DNA of 64,000 nt from positions 87,916,001 through 87,980,000 of the forward strand of contig OX597817.1 in assembly GCA_951406725.2 (NCBI GenBank), in the 5' to 3' direction. The first letter of the stretch is position 1. Each line of letters starts with the position of its first letter. Below are positions 1-61,980 of this stretch, in pieces. The position numbers were made by a program, and so were the translations under genes. Source of the DNA: Octopus vulgaris. Lineage: Eukaryota. The notes under the pieces were generated by a model, which was given only the letters and a program-made list of their open reading frames with translations, searched no databases and was not told where the DNA came from.

Positions 1-187
1 AAATTAATGTGCATGTGGCTGAGCACTCCACAGACATGTGTACCCTTAATTTAGTTCTCAAGGAGATTCAGCATGACATAAATTGTAGAGTGTCTTGCTC
101 AAGAACACTAAGCATTGCTGGGAATTGAACTCATGACTTTATGATTGTGAACCAAATACCCTAACTACCAAGCCACATGCCTTACAC

Positions 188-233
<46 letters not shown>

Positions 234-1337
234 TGTATATATACATATTGCGATCCTAAAACCAAGGTGCCATGTAAAATGCATTGGTGTGAGTGCTGGT
301 GCCATGTAAAAAGCACTGGTGACAGTTGGCATTAGGAAGGGCATCCATCCATAGAAGCCTAGCCAAAACAGACTAGGGAACCTCATGCAGCCCCTAACCT
401 TGCCAGTTTCCATCTACCAAAGGTGGGTGAGAAGCAAGTTTCTTATCACACAGCAAAGTCACAAAAAGAAAAGTGTGACATATTTCATGATGTGATCTTA
501 GATACATTTATCATCATCATCATCATCATCATCATCATTTAACATTCATGTTCCATGCTGGCTTGGGTTGGACTTTATGTCTTTAAAAAAAAGTGGTTTA
601 GAATCATTACTGGGACACACTTTTTACCAAGGTCTGTTCAATGAAGTCTGACTTAGGGCAAAGCAACTATGACTACCACTACTGCTGCCACCACCACCAC
701 TGCTTCTACTACTACTGCTACTACTACTACTACTAGTCTTATTATGCAGCCAAGTCTCTTTGCATTATGATTAGTATGCGTTCACCCCATCTTGTTTCAT
801 TCAGATAGATTTCCCCCTCATGTTTCCTGGCGGAAATCCAGCAATATCAAATTACTGAGTCTCTAGAGGGACGGAGATAATGGGTGACAGGATTAATCAG
901 AACGTGTGTATATGTGTGTTATGTTGTACATGTGTTATAGGTTGTGTATATGTGTGTGTGTATGTGTGTGTGCGTGTCTGTTCTGTACAGGTGTGAATGT
1001 ATGTGTGTGCTGTATTGCATATGTGTTGTATGTTGTGTGCATGTTGCATCTGTTGTGTCTGTTAAGTTTGTGTGTATGTATGTGCATGATTACGTATGGT
1101 ATGTGTGTGTGTATGTTGTGTGCATGTTTGTGTATGCATGTAAGTTGTCATTGATTAAGTCTATAACATTGCTAAATTCTGTTAAATCCTGTGAAACTAA
1201 TGATTTTTTTCATCCTGTTGCTTTCTCCTTTCATTTTCATTTCCAATTGAACAATGAAGGGATGAGGAGGAAAATTACACACACACACAGATATATACAC
1301 ATATATATATATATATGCATATATACATATATATATG

Positions 1338-1381
<44 letters not shown>

Positions 1382-1584
1382 AGTATATGTATTCTTCATT
1401 GCCATTACCCAACATATTGCATTCTGATATAATTCCAAGCTAAGCTCCCTGCATCATCTAACGGTGTGTAGGACATGTTCAGTCCACACACCCCTCCTCC
1501 TCCTCTTCCTCTTCCACCTTTATAATCACATGGGTGCACGTTTACATATTCTGTTATATTCAATAATCGTTAGTAATTGATGAC

Positions 1585-1915
1585 TGCAGCAGCAGCATCA
1601 TCAACTATCACCGCCACCACTATTCGTGTTACCACCAATACCATCCCCACCACCACCACTACCTGCACTACCACCCACCTTTATTATAACTGACAACACC
1701 ATCAACATTTTAATCATTACTATTAATATTACCACCTGCACTACAACCAACACCACCACCAACAACAGCAACATTATTACCACAACCATCACTGCTACTA
1801 TCACCACCACTATCATCACCTCCTCCACTATCTCCACCACTGCGATTGCTGCTACCACAGCTATCATCATCATCATCATCACCAACACCACCACAATACC
1901 ACCACTGCCACTACA
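1585..1915. repeat. Low-complexity (ACC/ACT/ATC)n triplet tract
   Basis: Triplet periodicity produces spurious Thr/Ile- and Val-rich ORFs. Confidence 0.8.
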
Positions 1916-4082
1916 CTTCCTTTTTCTTTGTGTTTTATTTTCTAACAAAAGCGAGCTTTTGTGTCTGTTCCAGCAACTTTGGTAGGCGCCATGCCAGACA
2001 TTAGTCTGAATAACAAATCAAAATTATATGAGGATTTATTAAAATTTATTGCTTATCAACATCAAAGAGGAGGAGAGATCAGTAATGTGGGGGGAACAAA
2101 GAAGAGGGTAAGGAAGAGGAATAAATGAGCATTACATCTAGAATATGGAATGGTGTCGTCTGTTACAGTTAAGCCAGTATGGTTGGGGAATCAGTTAGTG
2201 CATCAGTCCAATGCTTAGAGTGCTAAAGAGGGGTCTGTGACTATATCTGCCAGGTATAGGAAATCCAAGGAGGGCCTGTGATTATATTTACCAGACTGGG
2301 CCTGGAGATCCAAAGAGAGCTTGTGATTATATCTACTAAGCAATGCCTAAAGAACTAATAGGGGTTTATGATCATATCTACAAGGTCCCTCTCTAAAATA
2401 GATCCCTTGAATTTTGAGAGGACCTCCATCCTCCCAAGGGCCAAAACAGTCTTTTTCTTCATAACCAATTTCTCTTGGAGTTCCAGCATGTTAGCACTGT
2501 GAAGTAAATGATAAAAAGTAGACCATAATGTTTGCAATTATATCAATAATTCTTTCTACTATAAGCCTGAAATTTTTTTGGAGGGTGCTAGTCAATTTCT
2601 TTGATCCCAGAGCTCAGCTGATGCTTATTTTATCAATACCAAAAGGATGAAAAGCAAAGTCAACCTTGGCAGAATTTGAACTCAAAACGTAAAGACAGAT
2701 GAAATGTTGCTAAGCATTTTATCCAACACTGTAATGATTCTGCCAGCTAACTGCCTTTGTAATTATACCTGTAATAGTTGTAAGTATACAATGGTTAAGG
2801 AGATAAAGCACTGAATCACATAGTTCAAGTGTGTTGTATCTGTCTCTCAAACATCATCACAAATTTAACCCATATATTTAACTAGTTTTTAAGATGGTAG
2901 GTAGTATTTGAGGAAGATTTGGTTGTAATTTTTTGCAAGTGAAGTAACCATGTCATGGCTTCCTTCACATGATTCCTCTTTACATGTCAGAGTATAAAAT
3001 AAAGTCCTCAGTTAAGTGGAGACATGCTGTAACTGGAAAAATGAATCTGTGACTCATACTTTTTTGAGTGACTGTGTGTCAGAGGACTGCTACCCAATAC
3101 AGGTTCACCTGAGACAATCACAACAATATTAACTTCACAAGCACTGGCAATACCATAGAAAATAATCAGTGTTTCTTTATCTTACATGCTCTGAATACAC
3201 TACAGTGGTTTCTCCTGTCACTTGACAGGTTCTTACAGTCACTGCAGTAGCTGTGACATTCCACTTAAATCACTAACACCTTTTTGAGCAAGCTAATATG
3301 ATATTGCTTTATACATTTTGTCAACCTGCAAAAAATAGCAGTCAAATCTTTCTCAAATCCCATCAAAGATGATAATAATGGAGAAACAGGAGAAGAAAGG
3401 TAGGTAACCACAAAGTAAGTTGAAATAGTTCACTCCCCACTTTCCCAGGTATACTGGTATATTACTGGTGCTTGTTCTCATTCTGTAGTTTCAGTTAGTG
3501 TTACTGAAACAGATGAACTGGGTCAGAAATAACCTATTGAATAAAGCAGGTGGTTGACATTTCAAGCTGTAGTTTTTCATTGATGGCTGTACTGCATTAA
3601 GTTTTATTAATTAATCACATATTTATTTTATGATACAATAATGAAGTGCCAATCACTCTAAGTGAATGGAAATTGTGGAAGAGGTTAGATCCAGGAAGAC
3701 AAGGGACAAAGTTCTGAAGGACGACTTCAGGACACTGAACTTTTCAGAGGAGATGACAAAGGACCAAAGCAGAAGTGTTAAGGCCTCTCCCAATGATGAA
3801 GAGGACTGGCTTGCAAGAGCCATGCGCTGGTGCCATGTAAAAAGCACTCATGCTGATGCATGTCGAAAGCACCCAGCATACTGTAAAATAGTTGGCATTA
3901 GGAAAGGCATCCAGTCATAGAAACCAAACCAAGCTAGACTGGAACTTGGTGCAGCACTCTGGCCTACCAGCTTTGGTCAAACCATCCAACCCGTACCAGT
4001 ATGTAAAACAGATGTTAAAGAAGGAGGAGGAGGAATCGCTGTTGTCTTTTTTTTTAGACATCTATGTCATTGACTGTTATAT

Positions 4083-4776
4083 CTTTCTTCTTTTACCCTT
4101 TACTTGTTTCAGTCATTGGACTTTGACCATGCTGGAGCTCTACCTTGGAGGGTTTAGTCAAACAAATCAACCTTAATATTTATGCTTGTTTGTTTTTTTA
4201 AATACTTATTCTATTGTTATCACTAAGTTATAAGGACATAAACAAACCAACACTAGTGGTGGGAGGAATAGAATAAGACACACATATATGTATTATGCAT
4301 GCACACACATACAACAGGTTTCCACACAGCTTCTATCAGCCAAATTGACTTACAAGGCATTAGTCAGCCTGGGGTGGTGGTAGAAGACACTTGTCTAAGG
4401 TGCCATGCAGCGGAACTGAAACCCAAACCACGTGGTTGAAAAGCAAACATCCTAACCACAACCATTCCTACACCTATGCTGTATGAAGGTTTAGTAATCA
4501 ATTATGTGGTGATATTGTTTCAATAGCTGTAGTCATTCATTGCCACTCATACTGCAATTAGTAGTTATTTGTATTATTTTATGCATGTATCTTACAACTG
4601 GTGAACACGGTGCAGATGTAGCTATGTGGTAAGTTTACTTCCCAACCACGATTCCAAGTTCAGTCCCACTGCATGGCACCTTGGGCAAGCCTCTTCTACT
4701 ATAGCCTCAGGCTGGCCAAAGCCTTGTGAGGGAACTTGGTAAACAGAAAGTGAAAGAAGCCAACCCATTGTGTGTA

Positions 4777-4832
<56 letters not shown>

Positions 4833-5320
4833 CAAAATAAGCAACAGGGATATCTAGAGGTAATGCAGCACAATCATTTCATGCAACTCCATTTAATTGA
4901 AAAATGTAATCATTATATCAATTTAAAATGCAGAGCAATCTTCAGCTGCACAAAGACATAGAATTTAATTAAATTAGAACAGATGGACACATTAGTATAA
5001 TTATACCTAAAATCTCCAAGAAGTTAAGGAGATATATATATATATATATATACAGAAGTGTGTGTGTGTGTGTGTGTGTGTGCGCATGTGTGTGTGTGTT
5101 TGTGTGTGTGTGTGTCCTACTACTTTTTGACAACTGGTGTTGGTGTGTTTGCGTCTCTGTAACTTAGTGGTTTGGTAAAGAGAAAAAAGATTAAAAAAAT
5201 GTAAGTACTAGGCTTAACAAAATAAGTACCGAAGTAAGTTCATTTGACTAAAATGTTCCCTGAGGTGGTGCCCCAGTACAGCTGCAGTGTAATGACTGAA
5301 ACAAGTAAATGATAAAAGAT
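4083..5320. mobile_element. Two SINE family A copies (4083-4476 minus; 4609-5320 plus, interrupted)
   Basis: Similarity to 22995-23356. Confidence 0.75.
4830..5030 (-). mobile_element. Insert within SINE (TA)n, possible decayed PLE pLTR
   Basis: Splits the SINE at 4609-5320 at its (TA)n; minus strand has CTGAAGA-ttgc-tct-gca but no intact GAAA. Confidence 0.35.
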
Positions 5321-5910
5321 AATAGAATTATTGATTACAATACAGTCCATTTAGTCCAAACACTAGTTCATTTTATTTATTATGATAAAAATGATGAGAT
5401 TATTTGACCATCATAGGTGATATAAATATCACAATAGACACTACGTGATCAGTTTTCTCACTAATAAATATGTACAAATATATATAAGGAACTTCTACAC
5501 AGTTTCTCTCTACCAATTCCTCTCACGTGGTACTTGGTCAACCTTGCATTACAGTTGAAGATACTCAAAGTGCTGCAAAGCTGCATTGAACCTGGGACCT
5601 TGGTAATTATGTTGCTGTTACAAAGACCACATAAAAGCTCCTTCATTTATTTACTTTGTATTTGTTTTATACATAAAGCGATTGTTTAACATAGTTCAGT
5701 CCCATGCTGAAAGTATTCTGACCATGACCATTCATAATGGTGCCCCAGCATGGCCATAGCCTATTGGTTGAAACCAATAACAGAACCCTGTCTAATTTTT
5801 AAGTTTTGTGTGTCTAAGACTACATTATCCAGTATGTTCTCCTCTTTTTAAATATTCAGTGTGATGGGAATTTGGTTGCTATTTCTAACAGATTGACTGA
5901 CCACATAGAG

Positions 5911-6050
5911 CAGGCATGGGCAACCATTTTTGAGAAGTGGACCACATGAGACATAGTTCATCATCAATACACTGCTAAAAAAATTTAAGGTAACTTTTTG
6001 TTAGGTATACCATTCAGAAAGTCCTGCAGGCTGCAGATTGCCCATGACAG
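5911..6050 (+). mobile_element. hAT-like MITE (related copy at about 29125-29270, opposite strand)
   Basis: TIRs caggcatgggcaa / ttgcccatgacag; internal gaccacatgagacat shared with the 29.2 kb copy; TSD not recognisable. Confidence 0.5.
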
Positions 6051-6289
6051 GCAAAAATTTCCTCTTTCCTCTAAAGTAGACATTACAAGGGATTGAACCT
6101 GAGACTATCCATATACTTTTTCAATTTTAGAAAATAATATTTCTAATCAATGAAAAAAATGTATATTAGTTTCATATTTTGAAGTTCAAGACAGATTTTC
6201 ATTCCATAGTTTGGAATCAAAATATTCTCTATGTATTCGTCTAAGAGTATAACTGGTTATTACTGTTACTAATTAGCTCAAACTTGGTT

Positions 6290-6980
6290 CAGACTTCTAT
6301 CAACATATCAAGGACAGAATGCATGGCAACAGACACATCTAATCTGGACCTCAACTTTAGGATATACAGCAAACCAGTAAAGCAAGTTTCTGAATTCATC
6401 TACCTTGGATACAAACTCTCTTTGTAAAACAATGGAATGATAGCTGTGAACCATGGAATTGAATTTGGTTTGGCAGCCTTTAGTAAGAACAAAATTGTGC
6501 TTACTTCAAAACAAATCCCAAACCACACAAAATCAAGCATCTACAATATCTTTACTCCTCCAGTAGTTTTATATTGTCAAGAATGTGCTAACAGGATCTT
6601 TGTTGTCCTAAAGGAACTGGAAATCTTTCAGAAACATGTAATGCAACACCAAACTCTCAGGCCATGTCAGAATTGAAGATCTAAGGCAAATAACCAAATT
6701 ACCATTAATCTCTGTCATTGAAAATAAAGTATTCAAACTATTTGGCTACACTAAGTGAATGGTTGGTGACATCAGCAAGATCTGTTAAGAAGGTACTATT
6801 AATGGAAAGAGAAACAGAAGTTGGCAATCTAAGAAATGGAAAGATAACATCACAGCATGGACAGGCCTTGACATAGTTTCTCTGAATGCTCTTGCCAAAG
6901 ATTGAATACTATAGCAACAAATATCTCGTGTTGGTGCACATTCTGCCACAGGCAGAGAAAACAGGAAATGATGATGAAGC
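6290..6980 (+). mobile_element. Decayed RTE-like LINE 3' fragment
   Basis: VKQVSEFIYLG and LKKVLLME/GKRNR...KWKDNITAWTG-like remnants, ending in gatgatga. Confidence 0.6.
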
Positions 6981-7745
6981 AGTTTCCTTCAGAATATTAC
7001 AAGACATCTGCCAAATATAAAAAAAAAATACAAGAAGTTGATTTAAGCTGAAATTTTGTTACCAACCAGCTTACGACCAGCCCTAGTTCTATGATACAAT
7101 CTTCTTGTTCTAAAATGATCTGAATAAAAACCTTCCATCAAATTTCATGTTTATTTATGTTTGAAGCACCAGCTTAATAATGCCAGACATTTTCCAAAAT
7201 TCTTCATCATTTTCAAAATAAATTGTAACAAAGGCAGTGTATTTCAATAGAATTACAGTAACAAAAGGGTTTGATAAATTATCCTCTTTTCATAATGACT
7301 AATATAGGCTAACCAATGTTAGATTTATTTTAGTGACAGCAGAAATAGTTTTGATTGTTTTGTTTATTGCAGAGCCAGTCATAGAATGTTGAGAAAAACA
7401 AATATAACTGATCTTAAGCACAATAGAGTTACTGTGAATTTTTTGTCAAATGAATGCTGACCTTTTTACTGTTGAAATAAGATGTATCCACTCAAAATTT
7501 CATTATCCTTATTTGCGGAAAACAGTTTTATATACCAGTCTATCTTTTGTTGAAGAAAGTCATATTTGAAATTATTTTCGTTAAGAGATATGTCTAGTCT
7601 ATTGAGAAAACATGACTTGCAGAAAATAAACAATTCTATTTTTGGTAGAAGTATAACATCATTACTGAAATAACCATGAAATTCAGTTTTGCAGTTAAAA
7701 GGTTAAAGATGTTTAGCAAACATCAACATACATCAGCAAATAAAA

Positions 7746-7960
7746 GGCAGCAAGTTGGCAGAAATGTTAGCACACTGGGCGAAATGCTTATCAGTATTTC
7801 ATCTGTCTTTACGTTCTAAGTTCAAATTCCGCTGAGGTCGACTTTGCTTTTCATCCTTCTAGGGTCGATAAATTATGTACCAATTGTGTACTGGGGTAGA
7901 TCTAATTGACTGGGCCCCTCCCCAAAAATTTCAGGCCTTGTGCCTAAAATAGAAAAGAAT
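7746..7960 (+). mobile_element. tRNA-derived SINE family B (other copies at 2555-2757, 9227-9440, 9460-9630, 26276-26490, 37268-37490, 56470-56665)
   Basis: Shared tggcagaa..gttagcac...gagttcaaattc...ctttcatcctt...ggccttgtgcc consensus. Confidence 0.8.
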
Positions 7961-9695
7961 AATTTGTTTGATTTCCATAAACGAGACCCCATACTCTTGT
8001 TAGATTCATCAGTCCACTGGAGTAATTTTGACTGAGTAAACACACAACAAGGTGTCTCAAAGTACTCTTACAGTGGTTAACCATTTGTATTATGAGCACA
8101 CATCATCAAAAGAGGGAGATATTCTCCAATAATGAAAAACAACAGCAATCAGATATTCATGTTCAAATCTACCAGATCATATTAGCACCATCATCATCAT
8201 CATCATCATCATCATTTAATTTTGCCATCCATGATTGTATGATTTGGACTATTTGACAGGAGTTAGGCAAGCCAGAGAGCTGCACCAGGTTCCATTATCT
8301 GCTTTGGCATAGTTTCTACAGCTGGATGCCCTTCTTAATGCCAACCCCTTTACAGGGGTACTTTTTATGTGGCACCAACACCAGTGGGGTCGCCAAGTAA
8401 CTTGCAAGATGAAGACCTCTCAGCTGGGAAAGGGGGTGGAACTGAGGAAGTGAAGAAAGTAGCTTTGTGCTAGGTGAGAGGGTAGAGTATAAGTGAGGGA
8501 TAGAGATAGGTGTCTTACTGTAGAAAAGATACTTGGCTACCCTATTATCAAAAGAAAGGAGAGATAGAGTTAGAGAGAAAGATACAGAGACAGCTAGAGT
8601 GAGAGAGAGAGAAATAGATGCATCAGGACCTTCTCGTATGTAGCAGATGTATGGTGGCTACTATGAATATGTATGTTAGTGAATTTTGAAGAATTGCTAA
8701 GTAACTGTTATGTAGAGCAGTAAAAGAGACTGACTAGTTTTTGCAAGCTGTATATATTTATATCCAATATAACACCAAGATTGGTTGAAGTACCCTGTTT
8801 AAGAGTATGTAGTATATCCTTTATGGTATTAAATAATTACCTCCACCTTGGTGGAGGTATTGTTTTCAGTTGTGTTTGTTTGATTGTTTATCTGTGGACA
8901 AGATATCTCAAGAACCGTTGGATGGATTCAGATGAAACTTTCAGAGATGTTTCACCTTGTGACTGGCATGAACTGATTAGATTTTGAGATCGAGTCAGTA
9001 CTGGACACGGATTCTGGATTATTTTACCATTTTTTATACTTAATTTTTGAGAGCAGTCTGGTTAATTTTAGTTTGTGAGAACAGTTGAGTTTATTTCAGA
9101 TATTCTCATTTTAAAAATCATCTCTGGCTAATCATTGAGAGGACGTTGATATTGCCTTAGTGGAGGTTTATGCTCTCAGAGTGCTCTTGTTTAATATTTG
9201 TTTTGATATTTATTTGTTAGGGTAAAGGTGGTGAACTGGCAGAATCGTTAGCACACCAGACAAAATTTATAGCAGCATTCCATCTGTCTTTACATTTTGA
9301 GTTCAAATTCTGCCAAAGTTGACATTACCTTTCATCCTTTTGAGATCAATAAAATAAGTGCCAGTTGAGTATTGGGGTCAATGTAATTGACTTACCCCTC
9401 CCCCTAACTTACTGGCCTTGTGCCAAAGTTTGAAACTAATATTTATTTGTTAAGATAAAGGCAGCAAGCTGACAGGATTGTTAGCACTCTGGGCAAAATG
9501 CTTAGCAGCATTTCGTCTATTTTTACTTTCTGGATGAATAAAATAAATACCTATTGAGTGCTGGGATCAATGTAATCAACTTATTCTCTCCCCAAAAATT
9601 GCTGGCCTTGTGCTAAAATTTGAAACCAGTATTCATTTGTTAGGGTACTCCATTTTATGGTATTTAATATGCATTTTTTTTTTTCTATTTTGCAG

Positions 9696-58836
<49,141 letters not shown>

Positions 58837-58955
58837 TTTGACTTCGAATTGCAATGACAATTCAGAATGGTTCCTAAGTCATTTTAAATTATTCTATGGC
58901 CATTGTTTCAACTATGTCGGTCAGTGAAAACTCATTGGAAAGAAAAAGTTCAAAG

Positions 58956-58961
58956 AATAAA
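58956..58961 (+). terminator. Candidate polyadenylation signal of TBC1D32
   Basis: First AATAAA about 120 nm-scale distance (120 nt) after the stop; chance occurrence in AT-rich DNA is possible. Confidence 0.35.
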
Positions 58962-59889
58962 GGGCTGTACAGCTAAATACAGATTTATCATCATGTCAGT
59001 ATGATGATGATTTCTTTTCAGAAAGATCTCATGGAAATTATCTTTTTGTTTAATTTCTGACACTGATTGGCACAAGGCTGTACATTTTAGAGGAGGTGGT
59101 TTAGTCCATTGAAAAGATACCAATTCAATGTCTTTATGTTGTTTCATATACGTACATAGCATTTGGTGACATATTTTATCTCCAAATATTAGTGATGAGG
59201 TTAAAAACCACCCCTCTAAATCTTTTCATGAATTCTAACAAATAATTTAATTTAAGCTTATATAAAGTGATGACTGAAAGAAATATTTATGATAGTATAT
59301 GTATTTGGAATTTTGGGGTTAGTGCTCTTAACATTCTGAACTGAAATCCCTCCAAATTGTGTGAATTGGCAGATCTTCTTCTACAACACGGCATGTTGCT
59401 AATTATCATGGTCCTTTCTCATTTCCTTTGTGAAATCCAATATCTCGCATTCCATCCACTTTCAATGCTTTGCACTTCTTTATATGACTGTCATTCTTTA
59501 TATGTCCATTCTCTTTGTCTTTTCTCATACTCTGCATCAGATTCCTTTTGTATCCAGTTTTTCTCTCTGTGTACTTCAATTCTGTCATTCATGTACACCA
59601 AAATTACACATCCAGCAGAGCATACTCACTTCAGTTCTTTCTAGTCTTCATAAATCTTCTGCATTCAAAACCCACAGCTTGTTTCCATGCAACATTGCTT
59701 TCGTACACAATCATCTTACAATCTGCTCTTTGTTCTAACAGAGAAGTTCTTTGTTATCAGCAGAGATTATAGCTCCTGAGAATGACAGGCAGAGTCTACA
59801 TACTTCAGTAGGAATCTGAACTGAGATTGTAAAGGGACAGGATGTTTAATCTAACACTTTACCATTTCTGCCATTCTACCTACCTAATA

Positions 59890-61568
59890 CTCCTAATAAT
59901 AGACACAAGGCCATAAATTTGCAGGGAGGAGTTAGTTGACTGAATCAACTCCAGAATTTGACTAGTACTTTATTTATTAACTCCAGAAGGATAAATGGCA
60001 AAACTGACTTTGGCAGGATTTGAACTCAAAATGTAAAGAGCTGGAAAAAATGTTGCAAGGCATTTTATATGACATAGTAACGATTCTGCCAATCTACTAC
60101 CCTGGCATTTATAATAATATTTCAAATTTTGGCACAATGCCAGCAATTTTAGGGGAAGAGCAAATCAATTACATCAACCCTAGCACTTGACTGGTATTAG
60201 ATTTTAATGACCCCAAAAGGATGAAAGGCAAATTTGACTTAAGAAGAATTTGAAATCAGAACATAAAAAACCCAAAGAAGCATTTTGTCTGATGCTGTAA
60301 AGGGTTATGCCAGCTTGCCACCTTAGTAATAATAATAATCTTTTCTAGAATAGGCACAGGGCTGAAATTTTGTGAGAAGGAGCTAGTTGATTGCATCAAC
60401 CCTAGTGCATAACTAGTATGTATTTTACTGACCCCAAAAGGATAAAAGGCAAAGTCGACCTTGGCAGAATTTGAACTCAAAACATAAAGCTGGAAGAAAT
60501 GCCATGAAGCATTTTCTTCAACATGCTAATGATTCAGCCAACTTGCTACCTTAGTAATAATAATAATTAATTCTTTTATTAGCCACAATGGCTCACATAC
60601 ACTAACTTTAAATGACATGACATAAACATAAAAGACAACACAAGACAAGACAAAGGGTTTTACAGCATGTAAACAATTTATAACAATAAAAAATTAAATT
60701 AAAACTCCCATAGGGGAGGCGCTTTAAAGGTCCTCGTGGAAAAACCCACAAAAGCCATGGGTTCCTGAACAACAGGGCAAGAGCCCTTCTCCTTTAATTT
60801 ACAGGTGCACGCTTAGAATTGGTCCTTTCACACTGGTCATTCTTCCAACATTCACCCACCTTTCAACAAACTTGCTGGAAGGCAACACTTCCTTCTCCAC
60901 CCTCACTTTCCTCTTCAAGTGAAACTTGAAGAAGTTGATGAGGGCTTGGCCAAAGAGGAAAGTGTCTGTCTTTAGCCCTTTCAAATGGGTCCGCCACACT
61001 ACCTCTTTTGCTACAGCCACTACACAAATAAAAATTGTCTGCCCTTCTCAGCCAAAAGAGGGCAACAGGGCAACCTTCACAATGGATTCAGCCAATAGCT
61101 GCATTCATCCTACACGCGGCAGCAGGTGTTCAGTATAAGCCCACAGGTCAGCAATACTCAGGCACTGGGCGAGGGCATGCAGAACAGTTTCATCACCCTG
61201 CACACACCTCCGGCAGGCTCAGCTGATAGCACTTCCCTGCCTGTAAAGTTTATCTCAAACAGGCAGCACCCCTTGATAGAACTGCCAGGCAAGGGATTTC
61301 TGGAAGTTATCCATAGGCCCAGGTATGAAAGTTCTCTGAAACAGACTGGTTAATTAATTTTCATAGACGTCCAGAGTTTCCCCAAGTACGTCATCGCACT
61401 TTCCCTCCAGGATGAAAGGGTAAGAAGATTACATCAACCTCAGTGCACAACTGGTACTTATTTCATTGACCCTAAAAGGATGAAATACAAAGCTGACCTC
61501 AGTAGAATTCGAACTCAGAATCTAAGCATTTTTGTCTGATGCTGTAATGACTCTGCCAGCTCAATGCC

Positions 61569-61601
<33 letters not shown>

Positions 61602-61980
61602 GTTTAAAATTTTGGCAGAAATTTTGGGGGTTGGAGGTAAATTGTTTAGTACTTATTTTATCAACGCTGAAAGGATGGAAAGCAAATTTGAACTCAGAAC
61701 ATAAAGATAGCCAAAATGCCACTAAGCATTTAGCCCAACATGCCAGCAGTTCTGCCAGCTCACCGCCTTATTAATAATAATAATGGTTTCACTTTTTGGC
61801 ACGAGGCCAGTAATTTCAGGGGAGAGGGCTTAGTCAATTACATCAACCCCAGTGCTCAACTGGTACTTATTTTATCGACCCTGAAAGGATGAAAAGTGAA
61901 GTTGATCTTGGCAGAATTTGAACTCAGAACATAAAGACAGAAAAAATGAATTTAAGCATTTCCCTAGTGTGCTAATAACC
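59890..61980 (-). repeat. Tandem cluster of about six SINE family B copies separated by (TAA)n, interrupted by the Tx1-like fragment
   Basis: Units at about 59900-60105, 60120-60325, 60340-60555, 61410-61570, 61600-61770 and 61785-61975, all in the same orientation. Confidence 0.8.
60571..61410 (-). mobile_element. 5'-truncated copy of the same Tx1-like LINE
   Basis: Homologous to about 46080-46920 (AVAKEVVW...ALINFFKFHLKRK); 3' end abuts (TAA)n. Confidence 0.88.

Noticed and set aside
805-903. Possible upstream TBC1D32 exon after ttcattcag
   Set aside because: Stops in all three frames before a donor, and no recognisable similarity
189-1438. YIYI/CVCV/THTH ORFs here and throughout the track
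   Set aside because: Translations of (TA)n, (TG)n and (CA)n microsatellites
1601-1985. Val-rich and Thr/Ile-rich ORFs resembling a membrane protein or mucin
   Set aside because: Triplet low-complexity tract open on both strands, with no splice or domain support
59890-61980. CRISPR-like or tRNA-gene array
   Set aside because: Eukaryotic DNA; the units are ~200-bp diverged SINEs whose tRNA-like heads do not form complete cloverleafs
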